This document shows, piece after piece, positions 22,560-36,348 of a DNA stretch of 64,000 nucleotides. The stretch lies in the NCBI GenBank assembly GCA_964188305.1, contig OZ076892.1; one strand, written 5' to 3'. Every line of letters starts with the position of its first letter. Position 1 is the first letter of the stretch. The notes under the pieces were generated by a model, which ran no database searches, was not told where the DNA came from, and saw nothing but the letters and a program-made list of their open reading frames with translations. The stretch comes from Podarcis bocagei. Taxonomy: Eukaryota. The position numbers and the translations under genes were made by a program.

Positions 22560-23245
22560 CTTGAGAAGCCCTCTGTGGATCTAGAAGTGTGTGATAGCTA
22601 CTGCCAGCTCACAATCACCCTCTTGGAGGAAGGTTCTCAAGCTGGTGGTGGCTGTGATCTTGGGAAGAAGCTGGTTATCTGGACCCATTCCAGTCTTGGT
22701 CCAGACCTTTTTTGCCCTGGGAGATGACTTTTATTGAGACGGAGACACAAAAATGCAACCCATTTGCTTTTTGATCTATCAGTTGCCTTTGATAACACTG
22801 ATCCTAGCGGTGTGTTTTGGTGGGAGTAAGAGACACAGTACTACGGTGGTTTGGCTTCTGCCTATGGGGCCAGTTCCATCCAGAAAGTAGAATTGGGGGG
22901 AAGTAGCATCTTTGCCTCCTTGCAGTCACACTGTGGGGTGCCACAGGATTCCATCGTGTCCCCAAGGCTAATAAAGCCGTTAGGTATACTTTTTAGCAGG
23001 TTTGGCGATTTGCAAAGAATGCCCAAATGCATTTCTTTGTAACTTCTGCATAGTCATACATAACTTTGGTCCTGGGTAAGGGTGACCTGCACAAAGGCCA
23101 ACAAGCTGAAACTGAATCCTGCCAATGAAGAGGCCTTTGAGGGTGGGCGTTTCCTGGCTCTGAAAATTAGACAGGGTTCTTGTTCTGGACGGGTGTGCGA
23201 CCAGGCTACTAGGATGCTCCTGTAACATAAGGGAGCGATGAATTG
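22560..23245 (+). mobile_element. Highly degenerate L2/CR1-clade RT fragment
   Basis: Remnants of RT motifs ('gatctatcagttgcctttgataac', 'ggggtgccacaggattcc' = GVPQDS, 'ctgaaactgaatcctgcca'). Confidence 0.5.
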
Positions 23246-23256
23246 TCCCTCTTAGC

Positions 23257-23507
23257 CAGGGGTCAGCAAGCTTTTTCAGCAGGGGGCTGGTCCACTGTCC
23301 CTCAGACCTTGTGGGGGGCCGGACTATATTTTTTTGGGGGGGAAATGAACGAATTCCTACGCCCAACAAATAGCCCAGAGATGCATTTTAAATAAAAGGA
23401 CACATTCTACTCATGTAAAAACATGCTGATTCCCGGACCATCCGCGGGCCGGATATAGAAGGCGATGGGCTGGATCTGGCTTCCAGGCCTTAGTCTGCCT
23501 ACCCATC
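23257..23507. mobile_element. hAT(Charlie)-like MITE just upstream of FBL exon 8
   Basis: Starts CAGGGGTCAGCAAGC, ends TCTGCCTACCCATC; near-perfect 8-bp TSD CTCTTAGC / CTCTTAGA. Confidence 0.7.
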
Positions 23508-23566
23508 CTCTTAGATAAACTTGAAGGCTTGCTGTTAGACTGACCTGCTTGATTCTCTCCTCCCAG

Positions 23567-23712
23567 GCCAACTGCATTGACTCAACAGCAGCACCTGAGG
23601 CCGTCTTTGCATCAGAGGTGAAGAAAATGCAGCAGGAGAACATGAAACCCCAAGAGCAGTTGACTTTGGAGCCCTATGAGAGGGACCATGCTGTAGTAGT
23701 TGGCATTTACAG
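23567..23712 (+). CDS. FBL: Fibrillarin exon 8
   Basis: [50 protein letters not shown]|gtac. Confidence 0.97.
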
Positions 23713-25576
23713 GTACAGTAAAGTCTGGGGGTGCTGATTTCTGGATGCGCTTGGTATTTCCTTGGAGGCATAAAAGGGGAACAGGTAGCATTGGGACATA
23801 ATGAGGAGCAACTACTGTTTTTCCCACCCCACACTTGAGCAGAGGGAAGATCGGGCTTGTTACAGGGTTGGAAAAGAACCAGGGTGTTGATGGGACTTGT
23901 GTGCACACTGTGTATTCTGTATTCTGTGTGTATTCTGACCAATAAATAATAGCCAAGCAATCTAAATAAGTTGCAAAGCAGGCCAGATATGTGTCTGGTT
24001 TGCATGATAATGGTTTTCCCCCCACTCTGATCAAACTCCTTTGATCAGACAGTATCCAACACATTTCTTCCGTTCGTGCGACGGGACTTCCCTTCCCTCT
24101 CCTCTACCGACACACACCCATTATCTCTTAAAATCATTGCAATCTGTAAATTATGCCAGTCTCCACACTAACTGGGTTTCCCTGTTGTACAGGAACCTGA
24201 GAAGTTGCCCTTCATCTGTCAGACCATTTGCCCAAGGTCTTAAATAAACCCTGTCCACTGTGGCTGGCAGTGGCTCTCCGGGGTCTTATGCTGAGGTCTT
24301 TTCCATCCCTTGGAAAAGTCCTATGACTGCAACTCCTATCAGCCTCGGGAAGCATAGCCAAAGACTAGCGGTGATGGGGGTTGCAGTTCAGCAACACTGA
24401 GAGGGGAGCAGGCACAGGTTCCCCACACCTGTCCCAACAGAACAAGGGTTGCTAGTTCAATTGCAAGAGATTACCCGCCTGGCCCCAATTAAATATATTA
24501 ATGTCTTTCTGCTATTGATCTGTCTTCTCTACTTCCCCCCTCCCTTTCCCTTATATGTCACATGTCTTTTCTTAAACTCTGCACTTGAAGGCAAAGCTCT
24601 ATCTTAAGTAAGGAGCTACCTATCTAAAACAGGATAAAAATATGAACAGGAATATAATGTATTTACAGTTCGCACAAGGAACTGGAACAAAGAAAAAGTT
24701 ACAGAATGTAAAATACGTAAGATCTTTAAAGGAATCAGAAAGCAATTGTAGATTGTCTAAAAGGAAAATGCAAATATTTGGAAGGTTTGCTACTTGCTTA
24801 GTGACTCAAAAAATAGGAGACCAAAAGGTGCTTCAAAAAGAATTTGGGATACAATTACAGCAATAAAATAAAAACAGCTACGTCAAAGTCCATGCAGTAT
24901 AATTGAGGATATCCATAAATAGCCTTCAAGCTCATTGATCTCTGGAGGACAGACACTACAGCCCTCTCTCATGGGTGTCTAACTTGTGGCTCCCCAGATG
25001 TTACTGAACTCTTAATGTGACCTTCAAAAGTTTGTTCAAATGCACACTAATTTAGGCTGGGGGTGCTAAATCATCAGCCATTCCCTTGCAACAGCTTTTG
25101 ACTAGTTGTATTTCAACAGAGGCTTCATCAGCATTGCTTAATTCACTAGGCTCCAATTTGTGTGTTACGGGAATTGGTTCATCTGATATGATGACAGTGT
25201 TTGAGTCCCTGTTATTGAAATCATTCTGTGTTGTGTTGCCCTTGCTTGTCACGTTACTGCAAGTAGCTGGCAGGAAACAGTATCCTGGTATGTGTGCCGT
25301 ACATACCTGGGAAGATTGAGAGTCTTTCCATGAAATGGCTAATGCCTGGTTTAGGCTCCTGCAATCAGCGATATCCTTGTTGCCTCCCACTTGGCCTTTG
25401 CTATCAGGATTACCACGGAATACTCACAAAATGAACTTTTGTGTATGAGAAGCTGATGTTGATACTGAATGGTACATTTTAGAAAATAACTTCTTCATTT
25501 ACAGTGTCAAAGCACAATTGGTAGCAGTCATGTTTGGTCAACAGTCTGTTAACAAACACTCTCCTTTTCCTTACAG

Positions 25577-25601
25577 ACCACCTCCTAAACAGAAGAAATA
25601 A
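25577..25601 (+). CDS. FBL: Fibrillarin exon 9 coding part (RPPPKQKK*)
   Basis: ttacag|A CCA CCT CCT AAA CAG AAG AAA TAA; the nine exons sum to 972 nt (323 aa + stop). Confidence 0.93.
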
Positions 25602-25784
25602 AGTGTGGAAGCTAGTAGGTGACCATTGCAACAGTGCTTTAGGTCAGAGTTGCTTTTTCTGCCGCTTCAACGATACAGGACTCTTTCTACTGACTAGACC
25701 CCAGCTTTCTTAAGGCCAAGCACTTACGCAGAGATGCTGTTGTGCGTTGGTGTTCCGTGGCGTTATCAAATGTGTATATTTTTT

Positions 25785-25790
25785 ATTAAA
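25785..25790 (+). terminator. FBL: Probable FBL polyadenylation signal (ATTAAA)
   Basis: ATTAAA preceded by a T-rich stretch and followed by GT-rich ggttttgcttgtgg. Confidence 0.55.
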
Positions 25791-25905
25791 ATAAGTAATG
25801 TAGATATGGTTTTGCTTGTGGACTTGCATATAATCAACAATGATCAGAATTAGTGTAGTAGCTTGTAAAACTTGCCAGAGTCTCCTTTTAATATGTATTT
25901 GGTAC

Positions 25906-27645
25906 AGGACTGCAACAAGTGGGGTGCCGCAGGGTTGTGTCCTGGGCCTGTTGTTGTTCAATGACTTGGATGAAGGAATTGAGGGGGTGTTCATCAGATT
26001 TGCAGATGACATTAAACTGGGAGGGGCAGCCAGTGCCACTGAAGACTGATCAGGATTCAATATGAGCTTAACAGATTGGAGAACTGGGCCCAAACTAACA
26101 AAATGAATTTCAGTAGGGACAAATGTAAGGTTCTGCACTTAGGCAGGAAGAACCAGCTGCTCAAATATAAGATGGGGGACATCTGGCTTGCCAGTAGTAC
26201 GTTTGAAAAGGATCTAGGAGTCTTAGTAGAGCACAGGCTTAACACAAGTCAACAGTGTGATGCAGCAGCACATAGCTAATGCTGCCTCAACAGAAGTATA
26301 GTTTTGAGATCAAGGGAAGTCATAGTACTGCTCTATTCTACTTTGGTCACACCACGTTTGAAGTACTGTGTCCAGTTCTGGGCACCACAATTTGAGGATA
26401 CTGACAAGCTGGAAGGTGTGCAGAGAAGAGTGACCAAGATGCTCCAAGGGCCTGGAAACCAAGCCTTATGAGAAGCAGTTGAGGGAACTGGGTAACGGGT
26501 GTATGGTGTGTTAGAGGAGGGATAGTACCTCTGGTGGGGCACGCATGCTCCTTCTGGGGTAGTTTGTCCATCTTTGGTCCCCACCCTGCCCTGTGTTCTC
26601 ACCTGTGGCTCCTAGAAGCTGCCGGCATATGCCAGTGGCCACACCCTGGGGAACAGCTTTGACTGGCCAGCTAAACCAAATGAGAGTAGTTGTTGGGTCT
26701 CCAACCTTCAGGGGTAAGGGACTTGCCCTGCACGTGAAGACAGGCTTCAGCAGATTGAGTGGACAAGACCAATAGTGGGCCCAACGGTCAAGAAGGTGGT
26801 TTCTGCACAGGCAGTAGAGGAAAGTGAAGGAACATGGGGCTCGTCAACCTGGGAAGGTAGCCCATCTAGGAGAAGGCAACTCTGATCCTACACCTCCGCT
26901 GCCTTGTGGAATATCTTGAGGAGAAGAAAAGGCTGAAGAATAAAACCCTACCCAATCCAGAGTGAATTCTGGACAGTTGGATGGTGTCTTTTATGCCTCC
27001 TTCCAGCAACTCCTGCAGCCAAGCTGGTGCCTGATGTATTGTGCTGCATTCCTTTGGACTACAAGGCGGGGGGGTGTCTTCTGATCAGCCTAGGACCGCC
27101 ATACACACTGCCCAGGTTTGCACCCCAGAGAGTTCATTTTGGTGCTGCTAACGCAGCAAAAACATTGCAGGAAGCAGCAGTTGCAAGTTACCAGTTTCTG
27201 CATCCACAGTGGATGCTGTGACTCTCCAACAGTTTGATTTCACCCCTGGACGCACACTCCATTCTCTTTCAAGACAGACTGATGCCAACAGCAGCCTGGT
27301 AAAGAGACTGAGAAGAGAAATAATAGTCATCATCAAACATCTAAAGGGCTGTCACATGGAGCAAGATTGTTTTTTCCTGCACTAGCAGCTAGAACCCAAA
27401 TCAATGCATCCAAGTTACAAGAAGGGAGATTCTGACTAAACATCAGGAAGAACCTTCTTTTTGTATGGGCCATTTGAATGTGGAACAGACTCCTGTGAGA
27501 GGTGATGGGCTCTTTCCTTGGAGGTCTTTAAGCAGCAGTTGGGTGGCAATCTGTCATGTATGGCCTAGTTTATATTCCTGCATTGCAGGGTGTTGGATTA
27601 GTTGAACCTTTAAATTTTTTTTTCAACTCTACAGTTTTAGGATTC
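25906..27645 (+). mobile_element. CR1 LINE 3' fragment (RT pseudogene) split by an ~800-bp insertion
   Basis: SGVPQGCVLGLLLF..DLDEGIEGVFIRFADDIKLGG and LENWAQTNKMNFSRDKCKVLHLGRKN; CR1 sequence stops at ~26494 and resumes at ~27292. Confidence 0.85.
26495..27290 (+). mobile_element. Insertion within CR1, probably an RTE-clade 5'UTR-derived element
   Basis: Interrupts contiguous CR1 sequence; 'gggaaggtagcccatctaggagaaggcaactctga' resembles RTE 5' leader sequence; no long ORF. Confidence 0.45.
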
Positions 27646-29099
27646 CAGGATGAGTTCCACTTCTGTACTCTTCATCTTCAAGTGGTAGCTTGGGAGTTAC
27701 AGGCAGTTCACAGCCTAAAATGGGTCACACCCAACATCAGCACCATTTAAAAAAAGTTGTTTAGGATATGTTTTTAAATTGAGGAAGACAACCCATCTAG
27801 GTGTAAGAGGAAAAATGGAGGCTGGCAAGATGTGGGGTGGACAGAGAAGAGAAATATGACTGCGCTGTAAGGCAATATAATGGCCAACATTCATTATGTA
27901 AAACTGACCAGAGAGTTAGCTCTAGAAATCTGATTTTGCATACATATGCTTGTAAAATACATACTGGGATCCTGAGATGACCAAAGTACTCATCTCTTTA
28001 AGTTTGTTTCCAGGCTCAGTGAAGACGTGATATAAAATCAGATGGGTCTCTGTCCTGAAGGCAAGACATAGATGGGCATGGGGAAGGGACATCTCATGGT
28101 GTTGGATGTTAAAAAAATTGGATGACTCTGTAGTTTCTCTTGGGCTGGGTGGCAGATGTTTCTCCTTGATGGTATGGTTTCAGTACACACCAGCACCACT
28201 CTGCCCCATTATTACATGGATTATTACATATCTTTGGTGGCGTATATGGGACAAAAATAAAATTCTATGAGAAATTTACTATGCATGTTAAGACTAGACT
28301 AGACTAGCATCCCAGTACTGGATATGAAGGAAGCTTCTCCAGAGCTGTGGAATGTTGCATCGCAGCATCATCCTGTAGTCTGTACTGCCTGGATAGCACC
28401 TAGGGCTGCATTGTAGGCTTCTCCCACATGTAGCAGGATTAGGACTGTTAAGCGCTGCACCATGCAGTTAGCATCCCCAACTGAGAGGGGGGTGTCATTT
28501 CAAATGCTTCCCTGACCTACAAATCCAAATGCCTAATATTTTTGATCGTTGGTGCTTCTTAAAATACTGCTATCGGCAGTACCATCTCCATGCCACCAAG
28601 GTGATGTCAGCACACTGCTCTGGTATGCAGAAGGTGATCGTAAGGAACTTAAGAGGCTTCCCCAGCCCTGCCTGCGGAAGGACTGAAGGACTGCACACGG
28701 GGCCTTCTGCATTCAAAGCAGGTGCTCTACCACGGCCAAATATCACTAAGGTCTAGGGGAGAAAGGTTTCAGATTGCCCTTTTGTTCTGCTCTTAAGTCT
28801 CCCCCTCCGCTATCCTCTGGGAAAGCATTCAACGGGTGCTAGGCTTTGGGGCACAAATCAAGGGCACCCCTCAGTAAAAATGAGGACGGTCCCCAAATGC
28901 AAATGGACTGTCTTGCTACGTTTTTTGGAGTACTGCCACTGCCATCTAAAGGGAGTGGAGGGATGTATAAAGACCACTGCGCCCAGAAGCCTTAGCATTA
29001 CCTAACTGCGCCGCTGTACGAAACGATAGGGAGCACCCACACTAACCCCCTTCCTTTCAATCTGCAGTGGTACGGTCCAGAATTCTACCCTCTCATTCT

Positions 29100-30120
29100 G
29101 TGTCACGTAGAGCGAGAGAACGGCTCTAAGCTTCGCGGCTGCCATTCTGGAAAGGGACGTGAGTGAGGCGCGGGGTGGAGGGGAAGGAGCGCTATAGACA
29201 CACACACACGGCGGCCCGCAGACACTTGCGCATGCGCACACCCGTTTGGGAGGGAGGAGCGTCGAAAGGGAAAGAGGCACGCGCTCCTGAAGAGAGAAAG
29301 AGCGCGCGCGAGCGCGCGTCCATTTCTTCCCCCTCCCCATCCCGGCCCGCTGCCTCACGTGGCCACGCCGGCGGGGCGCATGCGCTCGGCGGCGGCAACG
29401 GAGGCGGTTTGTTGTGGTCGCCATTTTTTGTTGCATTACTGGGAAATCCCGGCGCCGGAGCAGCCGCCGGAGTACGCCCCTTGCGCTGGGGGTGGGGGCG
29501 CAACCCGCCCGCCTGCCGCGCCCCGCCCCCAGCGCGCTTCTCCTCCTCAGCCCCAGCTTTGAAACACGCCGCGGGCCGCAGCCGCCTCCTCAGGTAAGAG
29601 ACCCGCCCGCCTGCCTGCCGCTCCCCATCCGACCGCCCTCCGGGCCCTTCCCAGGGAGAGGAAGGAGAGAGGAGGGGAGGGAGGGACGGAGGGGAGGGAG
29701 AGAAAGGCGGGCGCCGTCGCGCCTTCCTCTTCCTCCCCGACCCCCCCTCCCCCAACCGCCACCCGTCCAATCCTTCCCGCCTTTCTCCTCAGCTCATCCC
29801 GGCTGCGGCGGGCAGATTCTCCCGGGGAGCCGGACTCTCTCCCTCTCTCGTCAGGCCCCGCCCCTGGCCGGCTCTTCCCCGGCTTCGCCTCGCCTCGGGC
29901 GGGACCCCGCTCGTCCTCCCGGCCGGGCCGCCCCGCCCCACCCTCATCCCCTCCCCGCCGCCCGACCCCACCCTGATTCGCCGCCGCCGCCGCCTTTTCT
30001 CCCACTTCCTTCCCCCAAAACTTCTGCCCTCCGCAGCGCAGCCGCCCGTTTCTGCCTTCTCCTCCCCGATAGGCCCGGCCTTCCTTTACTGAGTTCCCAC
30101 ATCCTCCTCCTCCTCTGATC
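29100..30120 (+). promoter_or_regulatory. DYRK1B: DYRK1B CpG-island promoter and non-coding exon 1A (donor after 29593)
   Basis: Very CpG-rich; NRF1 TGCGCATGCGCA 29227-29238 and GCGCATGCGC 29376-29385, E-box CACGTG 29356-29361, YY1 CGCCATTTT 29419-29427; consensus donor CAG|GTAAGA at 29593/29594; lies directly downstream of FBL as in human. Confidence 0.75.
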
Positions 30121-33100
30121 GTTGCTGCTGCTGGTGGTGGTGCATGGATGGACAAGACCCATCTTTTTTCTCCCCCCCCCCTTCCCTTCGTCTTTCTTTC
30201 TTGCAGCCGTGTTAGTCTTTATTACATTAAGCACCACCACACACTGTTTCCAGGCTTGTGGCGCCTTTTCAGTGTATTATTTTACTTCGTCGGAGGGCTA
30301 AAAAAAAAAAAAAAGATTTCTGTGGCAATCTAATAGCGATATCAAATGCTCATTATTGTGATAGCAATATAACGATATAAGATATTCGACTGATATTAAA
30401 TATTAAAACCACTGAAGCTTAGGCTCTAGTAAATCCAGTAGTCTTTAAGGTGCTCTCCTCGCCCCCACCCCAAATCTCTTGGGCATTTGTGATGTGCAAA
30501 TGCCTCTGGATGAGAAAATCACTGAGTTCTTCTAACCTCAAACATATGTGTATTGAACGGGTGGGGGTTTTTTAAAAAAAAAATCTAGATGGAATTAATC
30601 TATACTAATCTATACACGTACAAGGTGGTTAAAATGATGAGCCCTTTTACCTTCAGGTGAGCTAGGATTACCATAAATTAGTAAAGTAGGTAAATTTTGC
30701 TCCACTGTGCACCATGATTGATATGGGGCTTCTTGCATCAGGATACCTGTTGGGTAAAGCTCAGCCTTAAAAATTAAGAGTTTACTCCATTGGCTTAAAT
30801 GAGATGTGGGTTGATCCCTTTGGGGATTTTACTCCTTCCAGGAAGTGAATTTATGTTTATATTTTTGTTGTATTTTTGGATAGCCCCATAAACAAGGATA
30901 TCTTCCCCCTGCCCACAATCATGCTGTGAGCATTTCAACTATTGTGGTGAAATAGTACACTTGAGTTGTCTTCCTTTCTCTGGAGAAAGTTACCTAGAAT
31001 ACACAACCTTCATAAACTGCCCTCATCATAATGTTCTCAATCTTCCCCTCCCAGGTGAGGATAAATCAGTACATGGTATTTGTAACCTTTGGCACAGCAC
31101 TAATTATTATAGTGTGTTACTTGTATCTTTTATTTTTTTAAAAAAAATCTTATCTCTCTCCCCCTCCCTGCCGCAGTTTCTTATGCTAATACCATAAATG
31201 CCATCATGCATAATTTCAGTAATAAGTTGCAATGATATCATTTGCAGCAGCTATGAATGGTAAGAGCAGGTAGTGGAAAAGAGATTTAAGTTGACAATAC
31301 AGATAACCTGTAGAACCCTTGCTCCAGGATGTTGCTGACGCCAGGTATTTAATACTATCTATAAAGAAATAATCAGCGCAATCATATTAATGTTTGCTCT
31401 GAAATAAGTGCTGTTATGTGTAGTAAGGTTGCTCCCTAACTGCAATGAGCACAAACCATTGAACACAGGGGGACTTCTTTGTAACATATATAGGATTGTG
31501 CTGTAGATGTTTCACAAATAAAACTGATGGGATATAATTGTTTTCCATATACGTACCTACACCTTGTGATGGAATTTATTTAATTCTGTAATCTGGGTGG
31601 TATTTGCTTTTACCAGTGCTGTCTTTATGACCTCAATGCTTTATGACCCCATGTGCCAGCTTACTTGGGTCTAGCTAATCGCAACTTTGCATAAATGGAG
31701 ATTTCCTTTGGTTTCCTGGAGCAGTTCCATCTATGCATATTTGTGGTACCTGTTGCTATTTACAAATGAGGTCATTCTTAGAAACAAATATAGAAAATAT
31801 TTAATCTGCTTATCAGCAGTTGGTTTCTGAAAACCGCTGTATTGGTTCATAGAACTTTAGTAACAGACCCAGATTTCTGTAGGTTCAGAAATTGTTCGTA
31901 ATTGTTGATGTGGATGTCAGGTTAGATATCTTGCATCTCTAGCTGTGCCTGAGTTGAACCTGTAAGTAAGGTTGAGATATGAATTTGTGGTATCTGTACA
32001 GCACTGGCAATTATTTGTTAGCCCCTGATTTTGAATAATAGGTTTTCTTGTTCTCAGACTCACACTACTGCAGTAATGTGGGGACATGTCTCAGGTGTAA
32101 TCGTAGTATATTAACTCATTTATGAGTGAGCACAACTTTTAAGAAACTAAGAATCTTGGATGAACTTTATGCATTTTTTCTGCATGGTCACTAGTAGGCA
32201 ACATTTGTGCAGTATTTAAGTTCAGCATATGCCTGATTTCATACTAGTCTGCCCTATGCTCTTGCAAAACCCCTGCTGCCATTGTGAAGCCATGAGTATT
32301 TCTTCACCTAGTCTAGCCTATACAGTACTGTAAGAAGTAGCATCACTGAAACCTGTGAGATAACTATGTCGTGCTAAGTGAGTGGAGACTAAGAAACCCA
32401 TGGTGGAATTAATCTTTTCCACTCCTCTAGAATGGAAGCCTTTGGGAAAGGACCATTGGATAACATGTTGCAGACTCTTGTAAACTAGGTAGAAGAATAG
32501 GGGCTTCCTTTCCTTGTTAGGGTACACTAATAGCTCAGGAGCATAAAAAGTTGTGGGACTTGTTGTTTCTGCAGCTGAGGAGGCTGAGCGGATAGGTGTC
32601 TCACTTTTTCTGATTTGCCCAGAATGTCCAGATACAGGATTTTGGATGGGTAGAATATTTGTGTAGGTTGTTTGCTTGCTTGTTATTTGAAGTTACATAG
32701 CCTTTCACACTTGGGGTTCAGGTTTTTTACACACTGACTGAAAGTGCCACTGGGGACATGGAAAGGTTACAATGCTATAGGCACTTCCTGTGGTTGCTCA
32801 CTGATACCATGGTATTTACTGATAACATGTTGTTAGATGTGGACAGTACAGATAAGGATCAGGAAGTTATTTTGTGATAGAAGTTGATGATTTCATAAAC
32901 CTCAGTAGTAGTTCAGTGGAAGATGACCCTTGGTAGTAAGTACAGTGAAAGGTGACATGGTTGGGATGTAGTAAATACTTTGTTCTTCGCTAAAAAGGAC
33001 AGTAAAGAAAGAAAGAGAAGCTCTTTGAGTCTTGGCAAAATACAGGATAGCTATGAGCAACAAAATGTGAATTAACAAAAAACAAAAAAGACAAATTGAT

Positions 33101-36028
33101 TATTGGATTACTAAATGGGTATTTTCACTAAGGATGCAGAGATATTGTAAAAGGCTTTGATGAAAGATATTCCAGATGTTCAAGAAGAATAATTTTATAG
33201 AACCATGGAGCTGAAGGACCCCAAGGCCACCTCGTTTATTCACCATCACAAGGTGGGGTTATCTGTACATCAGCATAAGATCAATCAATGAAAATTCAAA
33301 CCACAACATGTCACAAGCTGAGAGCAAGTACATCACATAACTCTGTAAGCATAAATCATTTTAGGTGATTGAAATGAGCAGTCCAAGGCACATGCTGCAA
33401 ATTCATGTTGTTTCTGTGACCTCTTTAGAATGAGTTTACTGCAGGGCAAACCTTTGTCTACAGCCTTTTTCACCTGGTGCTAGTTGCAGAATTCTGACAT
33501 CTTTGCAGTGATAGACTACTATGGCTACTGTTCTAGAAAGTGGAACAAGTTTTGCATGGTTTTTCATAGGCAACCACAGCATCTGGTGCAGCCACCAGGT
33601 ACATTAAGGGCACCAAAATACCTGTTTCCTTCATGGCTTGTATTGGATGTGGCAGTTGCCCAGAAGTGGGGAACTCCTTTCTCCACTCACCCCTGCAGGC
33701 CAACTTGTGACATATGTGCAGGGGCTGTCATGCGGAAAGGTGACAACTTGAAAGAGACTTGCCTTTGAAATCCGTTTGCAAACAGTTTCAATACATGCTG
33801 CTTGCAAATGGACTTCAAAGTGATGGTAGCCATACCTTTACCTGACATCAAATATGATGTTAGAAGTGGGACAAATCAGTATGGTTTGGAGGAAATGGCC
33901 TTGCAGGCAAAATTAGGACTTCTGGGCCTAATTAGGCACATGAGCTGGAGGTTCCTTGTCCCTGCAGTAGCAAAAGATCAGTGAAATGATCACTATACTA
34001 GAGTAAAAGTAAGTTGAATGAGAAACATGGCACTGTCTGTTCTGTTTACATTCCCAAGGAGAAACTGAAATGTTCTAAGGTGGTAAGCAAGCAGCTCTGA
34101 TTTTGACCTCTTAAAGCTGAGGTTGAAAGATGACCCATCCACTTGAGAAATGATAGCCTTTTCCTAAGTGTGTGAACGGACAACAACATTATGATCTGGT
34201 GTCAGACTTTATATGGAACTAATAAGTTCCATGGTTTTATAGAAAGGTTTCTTGAACCTGTTAAGACATTTGACAAAGTTTCTGTAAAAATCAGAGGCTT
34301 TACATCAGTTGTCTGGGTAGGCTATTTTATTTTTCCTGGATGCTAGCAGAACACAAAATTGTTAGCTGGGTAATCCTTTTATAGTTCACAGACTTCATTT
34401 TGTGTTAATTTGATAAAAGACTGGTTGCAGAAAATCCACAAAGAAGAGGAAGGTGTTGTTGTTAAGGCTTGCATACATTTGTTGATACACTGTTCTCAGT
34501 TCTTTTGGAGCTCTTGTTGAAACTATAGGATGGATACTGTTCAGCAGCCATAGCATAAATAACTCATTTGGCATTTAGCACACTAGGAAGCGTCTTCATC
34601 TATCTGAAGGAGAAGCTGGAAGTACAAAAAAGGACCTATTAAGAGTAGAAACAATGTGGCTTGTGAGAATCCTGTATCATTGTTGGTTTTACCATTGTGA
34701 AGGCTTCTTACTGTCATTCCAAATTACAGGGAAGTTGGGGCAGTATGACTACTTTGAGTTAAGAGCACATATGCTGATGATCTTGTCATCTGCCTCCTTT
34801 TACTATTTGCCTAAATTACTTTCGGCATAATTTCTCAATTAATTTAAACCATTAGGACTAATTCCTACCTGAATGGCTCCCCCACTTACCATTGTCCTGC
34901 CTTGAACTCAAGATCTGGGTGTGAGGTTGTACTTGAAGTTTTTCATACAGAATGTTGACAAACTGGATGCCATCAGATGGAACATAATTTACACAGAACT
35001 GCTATAAGGAGCCTGATGAAGTATCTTTAGTCTTTTCTATAAATCTTGTAGTCTACCTTACTTGGGTATCATTACATTTCATGAAATGTTTCTATGCTTA
35101 CTTAACTTTTATCAGCCAGTGTTCCTGGTTGAAGCACTGTCCCAGCCCTCCAAATACCTTTTTCCAAATCCTGTGGAAATCAATTCAGTCCTCCTTCTTC
35201 TCACATATCCAGCTTTAAATCCCCAAATACCTTGTTAACCATACTTAATTATTTTCTTGTACATCCTTCTTTCACATTTTGATTAAATGTTTACTTGTAG
35301 TAAACTTTGTGTGGGAAAATTTGCATTTCATTATAAGAGAAATAGAACTGTTAGTGGAGAAGGGTGATGGTCCCATTTGACAATGTAGATCCAGTTCAGT
35401 TTCTGTTATCTCCTTCCTAGTCTTCTTTGATTGTTCAGATTTTGCATTCTAAACCAAGGTAGATGGAGACCAAATGGCACTGACTATGTCAGCACATCTC
35501 CTAGTTTCAACACTGTTGCAGAAGATGGGGAAAGGGAATTTTCTAGTGTCAAAAAAAAAAATGAATTTAAGATAATGTAGAAAAATAAGTTATATTAGGA
35601 GCCTAATATAGTGCTGTGGTCCACAATAATCATTCAGCTAAAATTGGTTTCACAATATTTTGGCCATAGTTTTAGGAAAGAGTAATATGTATAACAATCC
35701 TAACTCTGTATTCATAGTCAGATCATTGAGTTTATATAGTTGGCTTTGAAATTCTGATTCAAGAGCAGGCCATTCCCAACATTCCAAAAGCTTCCAACAA
35801 ATTCAGGTTGTGATTGCCTCTGGACAATAGGTGTTTGGTTGTATTTGAACAACCTTAGTAAAGGAACTTGGACAGACCTGAAAGTCATTGCTTAAAATTT
35901 CAGCTCTGTGCACTGCGACTGACAAAAACCCACATTAAAAGCTAACAACTTCAGAATGAATTGGAAAATAATTGGTTAAACTAACATAACTCTCCAATGT
36001 ACATGCAACTTAGTACTATGTGTAGTCT

Positions 36029-36348
36029 TAGGTAAAGGGACCCCTGACCATTAGGTCCAGTCGTGGCCGACTCTGGGGTTGTGGTGCTCATCTCACTTTA
36101 TTGGCCGAGGGAGCCGGCGTACAGCTTCTGGGTCATGTGGCCAGCATGACTAAGCCGCTTCTGGTGAACCAGAGCAGCACACGGAAACGCCATTTACCTT
36201 CCTGTCAGAGCAGTACCTATTTATCCACTTGCACTTAGACATGCTTTCGAACTGCTAGGTTGGCAGGAGCAGGGACTGAGCCACGGGAGCTCACCCCGTC
36301 ACAGGGATTCGAACCACCGACCTTCTGATCGGCAAGTCCTAGGCTCTG
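36029..36348 (-). mobile_element. Sauria SINE, 5'-truncated
   Basis: Reverse complement of the 492-820 copy. Confidence 0.85.

Noticed and set aside
25188-25468. Possible intronic C/D snoRNA or scaRNA in FBL intron 8 (ATGATGA at 25188; CTGA at 25453 and 25465)
   Set aside because: About 280 nt between boxes, no terminal stem, and no rRNA/snRNA-complementary guide I could recognise; an Infernal/Rfam search would settle it.
29002-30240. Long Pro/Arg/Gly-rich ORFs (up to 234 aa) on both strands
   Set aside because: Typical stop-poor CpG-island artefacts at the DYRK1B promoter.
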